From Lama guanicoe (taxonomy: Eukaryota), in NCBI GenBank assembly GCA_013239625.1, contig MU054187.1, positions 9,257,231 to 9,319,230 on the forward strand: a DNA stretch of 62,000 bases. The letters run 5' to 3'. The stretch's first letter is position 1. Every line of letters begins with the position of its first letter. Below the pieces are notes generated by a model. That model was not told the origin of the DNA, made no database searches, and was given only the letters and a program-made list of their open reading frames with translations. Both the position numbers and the translations under genes were made by a program. Shown piece by piece: positions 1-10,049 of the stretch.

Positions 1-1150
1 TTATCTTGTGCCTTGGCCTGGAAGATATTCCTCTGCCACTTCATATTGTCTAACTTTCCGTTTGTGTTTTTAAGTAGGTTAGTTACATTTTTTGACCTTG
101 GAGAAGTGGCCCTCTGTGGGAGACATCCTATGTGTCCCAGCAGTACACTTCTCTCTTGTCACCCAAAGGTCCAGCCAGTCTCAGGATAGAGTTTGCCCTG
201 CATTTGCAGATTCTTTCCACAAGCTTTGGGATTGTTGTTTTCTTATTTCTGGTACCTGCCCCATGGTGGATGAAGCTGGACTAGAGGCTTATGCAGGTTT
301 CTTGGCAGGAGGAGTCAGTGCCAGCCCACTGCTGGGTGGAGCTTGGTTCTGACCCACTGGTGGGTAAGGCCATGCCTAGGGGCATGCCTAGAGGTGGCTG
401 TGGGTTCAGAAAGACTGCTGATGGGTGAGGCTGTATTCCCACCCGTATGCTGTTTGGCCTGAGGCTTCCTAGTACTTAAGCCTACAGGCTGTTGGGTGGG
501 GCTAGGTCTTGGTAGTAATGATACAAGCAAGATGTCAGCCTCCAGGAAAGCTTGTGTAGATGAACACTCCTCAAATGTCCGCCACCAGCTTTTATGTCCC
601 CAGGGTGAGCCACAGACACCCTCTACTTCCCCAGCAGACCTTCTAAAACCAGCAGGCAGATCTGGCCCAGGTTCCTATGAAGTCACTGCCTCTGCCCTTG
701 GACCTGGCACATGTGAAATTCTGTGTGCACTTCTCAAGAGAGTGAAGCCTCTGTTTCCCCCCAGTCCCATGGGGCTCCTGGAGATAAGCTCTGCTGGGCT
801 TCAAAATCAGATGTTCTGGAGTTTCCTCCTCCCAGTGGCAGAATCCCGGGATGGGGAGCCTGACATGAAGCTCAGAACTCTCACTTCTGTGGAAGGGCCT
901 CTGCAACTTAATTATTCTTCAGCTTGTGGGTCGCCCGCCCAGGGGATAGGGGGCCCAATTATATCACAAACATGCTCCTCCTACTGTCCCATTGAGGTTC
1001 CCTCTTTATGTTTCCAGTTGAAGAGGATCTTTTTTGCTAGGTCCCAGTCTTTTTTTTCCCCAATGGTTGTTTAATAGTCAGTTGTAGTTTTGTTGCAGTT
1101 GAGAGGAGAGGTGAGCTTGAGGTGCTACTACTCTGCCAACTTGACCAGAA
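1..1150 (-). mobile_element. L1 5'UTR region (L1M-type), continues off the window start
   Basis: Ends ...gaggtgagcttgaggtgctactactctgccaacttg, the reverse complement of a CAAGATGGCGG-like L1 5' start. The GC-rich body resembles mammalian L1M 5'UTRs. Confidence 0.75.
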
Positions 1151-1367
1151 ATTGTTAAGTGCTTGTTTTAGATGATCAAATACATCTCCTGAATAGCACA
1201 TGAATAACAAGTGCCATTTAGGCCATTCCTGGCATTTCCCCATCTCTTTAACAACATAAATTCAAACAGCTTTATGTATAGATAATATTTTTTGCCAAGT
1301 TCTGAAATAACAGAAATAGCAATCATAAAAACAATCTCTTGGGATTTTTTTTTTTTTTGACACCTGC

Positions 1368-1884
1368 TCTATTAGGGTTCTCCAGAGAAACTGAACCAAT
1401 AGGAAACCTATCTATCTATATATCTGTGTGTAATCTATTATAAGGAATTGGCTCATGCAATCATAGAGGCTGACAAGTCCCAGGATCTGCAGTCAGCATG
1501 CTGGAGACGCAGGGGAGCTAATAGGGTAGTTCCAGTCCAAATGCCAGCAGGCTAGATATCCAGGAAATGCCAATGTTTTAGTTAAAGTTTGAAGGCAGAA
1601 AACAAAACAAAACAAAACAAAACTGATGTCCCAGTCCAAAGCAATCTGGCAGGGGAAATTTCCTCTTCCTTGCAGGAGGGTCAGCCTTTTTATTTTATCC
1701 AGTTCTTCAACTGATTGGGTTGGGCCCACCCACTTAGGGAGGGCAATCTGTTTTACTCAGTCTACTGATTCAAATGTTAATCTCATCAAAAAACACCCTC
1801 ACAGATACATCCAGAATAGTGTTTGACCAATCATCTAGGGACCTCATGGCCCAGTCAAGTTGACAAATAAAATTAACTGTCATA
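1368..1884 (-). mobile_element. MLT2-type ERVL solo LTR
   Basis: Starts tattagggttctccagagaaac, contains aaggaattggctcatgcaatcatagaggctgacaagtccc, ends ccagtcaagttgacaaataaaattaac. Has an internal (AAAAC)n at about 1598-1623. Confidence 0.88.
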
Positions 1885-2002
1885 TCTACTATGTCACAAA
1901 TAGGCTCAGTAATTGTCTTTTTAATTGCCACAAGAACACATATGAAAAGTAGTCTTATTCCCATTTGTTCAATAGATGCTTATTCAGTAAATGTCTGTAC
2001 AT

Positions 2003-2130
2003 TATTATAGATGAGGAAACTGAGGTTCAGAGAGTTGAGGTAACTTGTCTAAGGCAGCACAGCTAGGAAATAACAGAACCAGGATTCTGACCCAGGTCTC
2101 AATGACTTCATCTGAACTCTTAACCTGTGT
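2003..2130 (-). mobile_element. MIR SINE fragment
   Basis: MIR core in reverse: atagatgaggaaactgaggttcagagagttgaggtaacttgtctaagg. Confidence 0.85.
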
Positions 2131-4064
2131 GATCACTGCCTCCAAACCTTGGTGGTGTTTTATTCCCCATGGTCCTGAGGTTCCCCTCTTGGGGCGGAAT
2201 AGGTCTGAAGGCATTAGCTATTGGTCAGCGCTCAGGGCAGCAGTGGGAAGAGGGCCCACTTTAATCTTCATAGGTCTGAACATGTCTTGAACATGATTTG
2301 AGGGCAACTTGGAGCTGCTAGGAGGGCTCCACTGCCCTTTGCCTGTGAGGTCCTCCACAGAACACTAACAGCCGCTGCACTTTATTGGAAGTTTCATGCT
2401 TGTGCTTTGCCTAGATAACATCATTTAATGCTCACAATGACCTTGTGTTCTTCCCGCCACCCTACTCTGCTGTGGGAGGGGAAGGATGACAGGGTCAACA
2501 TGGGCTGCCAAGGACAGGGACTGTGAGACACTCTCCTTAAACCACTGTCCTGAGAGCCACCAAGAGTGCCATCCATTGCCTTAAATGTCCCTGTGGGCCA
2601 ATCCAATCCTGTTCTACCTCTCCCCCAAATCCGCCCATAAAGCCAGCTTCAAACACACATGAATCAATAATTCTGCAGGTGTGTGCCATCTGCTGATTCA
2701 CCCACAGAGCAGGCCTGGGCTTCTCCTTTGTTGGTTTGCTCCTCAGTCTGACACGTTACTACTCCTGACTTTCCACTTCCGCTAGCACTTTCAGGAAATG
2801 CTCTCCAGCGGCAAACTCACTGTGAGCCCCTAAATCAATCTTGTTTAAAGGACACTCCTCTCTCCCCTCTCCCTGCAGCACTCTCTAGGTTGCTTCTGGG
2901 AGTCCCCTCTGTCATGATGACATAAGCAGTCCTTACAGTGTTGCCAGTTAGCTAGGCCACAGCAAACCTCTTGCCCTAGAGGAGGAATCTCAGGCTCAGG
3001 GGAGCATGTGTCTTACCCAAGTTCATAGTTAGGATCCAAGTCATCTGTCTCTCAGCCCAGTGCTTCTGGTCTTCCCCACAGATACCAGTTCTGATGGGGC
3101 AGGGGCAGGGCAGTCTCCCAGTCACAACCAGTGGAGGCAGGCCAAAGAGCAGCGTACCTCCAAGGCACCGTCTGAAGGGCAGACGCCACGCAGGTTGCAC
3201 TATCACAAGAGAGGTCAGCACCTCTTTTGCATGTCTGCCTCCACATGCAATGATGCACAATGATGTAGGTGCAGCACACACAAAGCAAGGGATTCTTAGA
3301 GAAACTGGGATAGGCTGGACCTTTTTTTTTCATTAACAGAGCAGATTCCCTTTGGTCTGCATGCTTCAGCAGAAGGCCCTGGAAAGAGCAAAAGTTCTTA
3401 TCTGTCTGGAATTGCAGAGAGTGACTCACTATGGCCCCGATTACCAATGGAAGTGGCTTTGGCTTATATCACATATTTGCATAAAATCAGCTCCACTAAG
3501 TTTGCCTGTATGCACCCAAAGGACTCTCCATGGCACCTTTGTAGGCCGACAGGCACACATTTGGGCTCCGTGGGATGATGTCTCTAGAGCAGATTCCTGG
3601 TCTGGTTCCCTCCATCTCTTTGCTGGTGTTGTTGCCAGAGCCTGTGAACCTGATGACAGGAGCTGAGGGCAAATGGGCTTGTTTCAGCCAAGGCTCTGAG
3701 AACATGATCAGATAAATTCTTACACAGTGAAGCAATCATTAGTGGGGACAATTCTCAAAAAGAGGAAAATAAAACTGCTTATTGTTTTCAAGATCATTCT
3801 ACTTTTTAATTTCTTAAACATATAGGGTAGAAGAACTTTGGGTGTTTCTGAGAGCAATAGAGCCATCAAGAAGGCAGCACACTCCAGAGGTGGACAAAGA
3901 ATCTGGAAGGCACCTAGAGACATGGGTGCTCTCCTGGCTGCCAAGGACGCGTAGATACCCTTGGACAAATACCCACTTCACTGCTTGACTTGGGATTCCT
4001 GAAATTGAGAAAACTGTGCTCCTACCTAAGCTCCTTTAATAACTATCTGATATTAACATGAAAC

Positions 4065-4165
4065 TCCTCTGAGCCTCAGTTTCTTGGTTTATAAAATGGG
4101 AATAAGAACATTTTCTCTGCCTACCTGTCTCAGTTGTTGTGTAGCTCAAATGAACCTATGTGAAA
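4065..4165 (+). mobile_element. MIR SINE fragment
   Basis: cctctgagcctcagtttcttggtttataaaatgggaataag matches the MIR core. Confidence 0.75.
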
Positions 4166-5082
4166 ATATTTTGTTAACAATAAGAGCACTCTATATTTTC
4201 CCCTGTGATGTAATACATAATGAATTTGCTGAAAGTGAGGCAGGAGTTTAGGAGGGGAATGGTGAAGAATGGTGAAAGGACTAGGGTTCCCCTGGGACAC
4301 ACAGAGGATACGGAGCTGGGTTGGGGACCATAGGTGTGTGGTGGCGACATATGCCTCACTGGTGCATGTACAATCGAACGTTGGCTGGGGTGGTGAAAAG
4401 AAGTAGTATGGACAAGGGAATATGGTACTTATAGTGGTGATGTCAGAGTCTAAACTGAACAGGGAAAGGGCTGAAGAAAGGGAAAAGGCTGATAGATTTG
4501 GGGAGCCAGGAAGTGTTAGTGAGATCTAAGTCCCATGAACACAGGGGAGTTAGCTGGCTAGTTAGGCAACGGTGAGTGAGGCTGGAGTTCAAGATTTGAG
4601 AGCTGGTGGACATCCAGGTATCTCAATAGGGAAGGAAGCCATGAGGGAGTGGATGCTGGCTGGGAGGACGGCATGGAAGCTGAAGGGCCCCAGGTCAGTG
4701 AGAGAACTTGGGGCAGACAGAGAGAGAGCTGAGTGCCAGGGTCTGAGAGAACATGGGTGAGTTGTCAGTCCTGGGGATGGCCATGGGGAGAACAGGACCT
4801 GTGCATGGCAGGGACATCGAAGGTTGAGGGGGCAAAGTGTCTGTAAGGGCTGGGAGGACAATGCTGATGTTGCGTCCAGGGAAAGGGAGGTCCAGAAAAC
4901 AGAATGGCCCAAAGGCATGCTCATATTTAAATTCAAATATGAATCATACACAAATTGGTAATATTACACATAGATAATCAGAAGTTGTGTGGGCACCCTG
5001 GCCTCAATATGCAAGCATGTAAAACAAATTATATTGGAGAACTTCCTTTGGCTATTGACATTTAAAAATGCAACTGGCTCAA

Positions 5083-5301
5083 CGGGCGTGCTGGAGCCAG
5101 GCAGCACCGTGGAGGAGGGCCGTGCGCTGTCAAGTCTGCTGGACTCTGCAAGCTAGGCCTTTTGTAGGGAGCTTGAAATAGGCTGGGAGCTAACAGTTAG
5201 TTACACCATGAAAATCTGCAAACGCTACATACCAGGGCTTTTTGTCCCCTGGAAATCTAGTAGTTAAACATTCCCCAGCATAGGTCTAAATATAACTTCC
5301 A
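5083..5301 (+). mobile_element. MER63-like hAT (Blackjack) non-autonomous DNA transposon
   Basis: Begins gcgtgctggagccagg, contains ttacaccatgaaaatctgcaaacgctacataccagggctttt, ends gttaaacattccccagca. The termini are remnants of an inverted repeat (gtgctgg/ccagca). Confidence 0.6.
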
Positions 5302-5323
5302 ACTCTGCCACACTTTACCGTCT

Positions 5324-5767
5324 TGTTGTGAGTTTGTGTCACTCAGAGAGGTATGTCCTAATCCCCAGTACCTGTTAATGTGACTTCACTGAAAGTAGAG
5401 TTTTTGTACATGTAATTAAGATGTAAATTAAGATGAGGTCATCCTGGAGTAGGGTGGACCCTTAAACCAATATGACTGTAGTCTTTATAAGAAGGGCGCA
5501 GAGACAGCCTGTACAGAGGAGAACAGGTGGGGAGGGGGCGCTGTGGCAATGGGGGCAGAGACTGAGGTGTGCCAAGGATCACCAGCAACACCAGGAGCTA
5601 AGAAGAAGTCACAAAATAGATGCTCCATCAGGTACCAGAAGAAACCAACCTGGCCAAGGCCTTGATTTCAAACTTCTAGTCTCCAGAACTGTAAGATGAT
5701 ACACTCCCGTTGTTTTAAGTCACCCAGTTTGTGCTACTTTGTTCAGCATTGCCTGAAAACTGATACA
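5324..5767 (+). mobile_element. MLT1 (MaLR) solo LTR, MLT1B/C-like
   Basis: TG...CA termini. Contains aagatgaggtcatcctggagtagggtggaccct and tctccagaactgtaaga...gttgttttaagtcacccagtttgtg. Confidence 0.88.
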
Positions 5768-6625
5768 CCTGTCATGCTGTCAAGTTTGGGGACAAGGCAA
5801 GTGGAAGTTCCCCAATGTGAACTATGAAGGGAAGGTCCCTAATCCCTGGGCTCTGGCTCTCAGGGAACCTTCCCTCCTACCTCCTCCAGCACATACGTTC
5901 TGTGCCATCATCTAGTCCTTCTAGTTAGCTGCCTTGTGCACTGGATTACGCTTTTAAGTGCAGACGGGTTGCCTCCTCTTCTAGGTGGTAACCAGAGGTG
6001 GTAAACTCACATGCCTCACGGATCAAGGTTGCTGAGTGTGACGCCAGGGGAACCGTTTCAGACTGGAATGTGTGTCCGCCTTTAAATAAAACACTTACCC
6101 CACCCTGCTGGCCAAGGAAAACCTGACTAAGACTTGCCATTTGGGGAACTCTACAATGTGCCAAAGAGAGCAGGAACGTCTCTTGGCCTTTGCCTCCCCC
6201 AGTAGCAGCCAGCAGGCTTTGATTCACTGTTTGTGAACTTGCAGCCTGATCCCTCAGGTCTCTGTCCTGGCCCAGCCAATGAGATTATGGGTCTGAGACC
6301 TCAGAATTTCAACAATGGCTCCAGAGTCTCCCCCTTCAGACAGAAGCTTCAAAGCAGATTTTTATAAGGTTATAATTTAAGTCCCCCAACTGACTAGCTA
6401 TTTGACACTATTGCAAAACTTCAGCTTCAGAAGAATGCAACAGAAGGGCGGCGTCCCCTCTAGACATGGCTTGCCCCACCCGGATGTTTCCATGAGTGTT
6501 TTTCTTGGCGATTCTCAGAATCTCAGGTGGCTGAGGGAGAGGCGTCAGGGATACCGAAAATCAAGGGTGATTTGGGGGTGAGGAATATTTCTAGTTAAAA
6601 CCCCTATTTACAGTTCACTTCTTTG

Positions 6626-6644
6626 TGAACACCAGGGGGCGATA
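6626..6644 (+). promoter_or_regulatory. CTCF-like motif
   Basis: TGAACACCAGGGGGCGATA matches the CTCF core TGGCCACCAGGGGGCGCTA at 16 of 19 positions. It is in unique sequence and keeps its CpG. Confidence 0.6.
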
Positions 6645-9039
6645 CAGTCATATGGAATAGCTGCTCTGCCTTGTTTTTTTAATGAGAACAAATGTTGAAT
6701 ATTTGTTCATTTGACCATGTTGCTCAGGCCTCTAAGAAAGTTACAGAGAAGGCTTTTGAGACGACTTTCTGGAGCCTGGGACTGAGAGACCCCAGAAGGA
6801 TGCTGGGCAGGCTTACAGCTTCCCTGTGGGGAAGCATTGTCACTCACCCGCCCACCCCATCCTGAGACTGTCTAGTTCTGGTCAGCTCTTTGAGGAGGAC
6901 TGGACTGTGTCCCAGGTAAGAGCTAACTTGTGTAGGGGACCAGCTTGCTACTTCCAGGGCCAGTCATTTAAAACTGGTTCCATGAGTTCCATTAGTATCT
7001 GGAGGTGAGGCCTGACCCTGAGAGAATGGAGAAGACAGAGACAGAGACCCCGTGAGGAGGGTCCAGGGACACCAGAAGGTTATCACCCCGACAGCAGTGG
7101 GACTCTGGTGACAGTGGCCAGCTAACCGGTCTGTGCGTCTGTGGTCAGGAACCAGCCCCCACTGCTGGCCTCTGTGGGACAGCCCAGCGGAGTGTTCGTG
7201 GTTCTGGGGCATTATGGAACACTGTGTAGTGCAGGACTCATGGAGGAGTCTGGGAGAAGCAGCAGTAGAGCAGTTGCGGGCGCCGATGAGAAGCCTGACA
7301 GTCGTGAGGGCCCTAGGAAGGGGCAACTGGGCTCGACTTTGGAGCTCTGAGGCCTGCGAGGAGAGCCCGGGTTGGATAAGTGCCTGTCTAGGTGGGCAGC
7401 AGGGAAGAGACCAGCGTCAGAGCCCATCTAATCCTGCAGGCCTAGAAACCATGCATGTGTGTGTGCAGCTGCAGAAGAATCTGCACCTGACTACATAACT
7501 CATTCAGAAAGGGGCCTGTCTACCTTCACCCACTGACAGGCAGTTCAGCTTTAGATACTCTGTTCTGGGCACCTTCCAAAGGCATTCAGCAGAAAGCAAG
7601 ACTGTTCTTAGCAATGACATGTGGTCAATAGTAAAGCACTTACTACGCAAGATAGAAGAAGGCTTTGTAGACTAAAAAAGCTGTGATAATGGGTTGATTA
7701 CAATTTAGTAGGCCCCAGTTGTTCATCTGAAAGAGAAAACTCTGACAAATTTAGGGGAAAATGTGTATCTACAAAAGGGGGCACAGTCACTGCCATTATC
7801 CCAATGAGTAAGTTGAAATGTACCACTAGAAAACCCACTGTGGACACTAGAAATTGGTGCAAAGCCATGACCTGTTTGGCAGGGTGGGCCCTGGAGGCAG
7901 ACAAGGGACTGCCCTGCTTCCCAGGCCTGTGACTGTTGCAGGGGCTGTCTGGCCATGCACACTAATGAGAGGATTCTCTTTGTTGTTTGTAATTCTATTG
8001 CTCAATTCAGCCTTTTAAATTAAGGATATAAAAGAAGAGAATTTAGAAGCAGAACACTTAAGATTGGACCCCAGTTCCAGCTTTTTGCCCTGCATTATTG
8101 ATGTTCATGCTTGGGAGAAGTCACATGACCACGTGTAGTCAGTTATCTCTTTCTTAAAATGGGCACTGAGTATCAGATAATGTATTTGACATGTGAAAAA
8201 AAAATTAGGAATTACCAATTGTGATGTAAGTGCAGCTATTAACCTCTACAAAGAATCCTTTAGTACTTCCCTCTCTTGCAAATACATGTCTGTTACCTGG
8301 GCTGGATAAGGCTTCACCTGGAAGTGGGCTTTATTAGAATTAAAGATACATTTTTAGGCCAGTCCTATGAACTACCATTTAAATGCCAAACAAATGGGAA
8401 TGACATCTATTTTGGTTTCTGTGTACTATGTTGGTTTTATAAGTCAGTTTAGCCACGTTTAGATGACAATTTGCAGACCAATCACCATTTGTCCTGGAAA
8501 CCCTACTGAAAAGAACTTTTGCCTTGAGCAAAAGTTTGTGTCTTTTTCTCCTATCTTTTTCAGCTAATTAACATCAGAGACATCTTGGGCTAACACGAAC
8601 AGGGAACAACTACTGGCAAAATCAAGGATCAAGGTTTGCTTATAGACACTTTGTCAAATAAAACTTCTGTTGAATTTGAAGCCTCCTTGGTTTATCACAG
8701 CAATTGCTTACTGTAAGTAAGTGTTTAAATTTCTCATCTGTGAAGTACATATTATGTTTCCTAGCAGGGGACCAGACAGAGTCAATATTTTTTCAGTACT
8801 ACAGGTCTCAGAATCAGAGCTTTACTTAATCAGATACTGTCCTTGACACTGAACTACATGTTGGACCTCATTAATGAAACTGCTTATTGGTAGTTCCTTG
8901 TTTAAAGCCAGTAATCCATTTTTTTTCTTGAGCTTTAACATATGCACCATCTGGCTCACTCACAGATTGATAAGCAAGGGGATATAGCAGGCAGCAATCC
9001 CCTGGAATTACACTGTAAACTCCTGAAGCAAAGCTCTCT

Positions 9040-9230
9040 AGTGTGTTAGAATCTGGGCTGTGAAATCAGCCAGCCTGGTCTATGGCTTACTAGCTGGTGA
9101 CCTTGGGCAATTCATTCAGCCTCTCCAATTTTGTATTTCTCTTCTGTAAAATAAGGGTATGAAAGAACCCACCTTATACTTTTGTAGGATTCCAATGAGA
9201 GAATCTAGTTAACGTGTTAGTTACTATCAT
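9040..9230 (+). mobile_element. MIR SINE
   Basis: cttactagctggtgaccttgggcaattcattcagcctctc...ctgtaaaataaggg matches the MIR core. Confidence 0.75.
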
Positions 9231-9832
9231 CACCACCTCCGAAACCCTCTCAACCCCCAGTATAATGCCTTGCACTGTATGATAAAGAGGAACAATTACC
9301 ATTCATTGTATAACTCAGTCTACCTACTGATGAATTATAGATTTGGGATGAAATCTACCAGGATTGCATATTCAAATTCCTAAAGCACTTTCAGCATACT
9401 CTGTTCTGATGTCAGTGGGGGGAGAGAGAGAGCAAAGTCTTTATAATTGCTCAAACCCCAACCCTAGAAAATAAAAGTTAAATCTGTGTTTATAAAAGTT
9501 CCTAGTATCATTCTTTGCACACCTATCCTAGACATTTGATAAAAGGTCTGAAAGAAAAAAGGTTTCACATTTTATTACTGTTTTACAGAGTGGACTCAGG
9601 CTTAAGGTGACTTGCCCAGAGTCTACAAAAAATGTTTTTGTGTACTCCTTGATCTAAAATATGTGAAACCAAATTTTTATTTTGTATTTAACTACAGATG
9701 TCATTACCTTCAGTAAGCATTTTCTTAGGAAATTTAGGCAATAGAAAACTCCAGAGAGCTGCTTGGTTGACAGGTGCTTCCCAAATTACTTAACTAAAGC
9801 TGTCAGGTCCAGTGAAAAAGGGAACTGGTCTG

Positions 9833-10003
9833 CACTGGCCCTCAATGCGGGCAGCTCTATAGAGCCACTTGGAGCCCTAAAAGTGCCTGAGCCTGGTCCA
9901 CTCTGCAAGATTTTGCTTTGGGATAAATCTGAGGGATGTCACTTTGGGACAATCTGGGTGAGCCTAGACATCAGAATTCTTAAAATCTTTCCAAGTGATT
10001 CTA
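9833..10003. mobile_element. MER5-like hAT-Charlie fragment
   Basis: tctgggtgagcctagacatcagaattcttaaaatctttccaagtgattcta resembles the MER5A/B palindromic arm. Confidence 0.5.
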
Positions 10004-10049
10004 GAAAAAATTTCTATCTAGTTCTTCCCCCTTAGTCTTCTATGATTCT

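Noticed and set aside
6826..7498. Cluster of overlapping 60-121 aa ORFs in GC-rich DNA
   Set aside because: No recognisable domain or splice-consistent structure. This is expected in GC-rich, stop-poor sequence.
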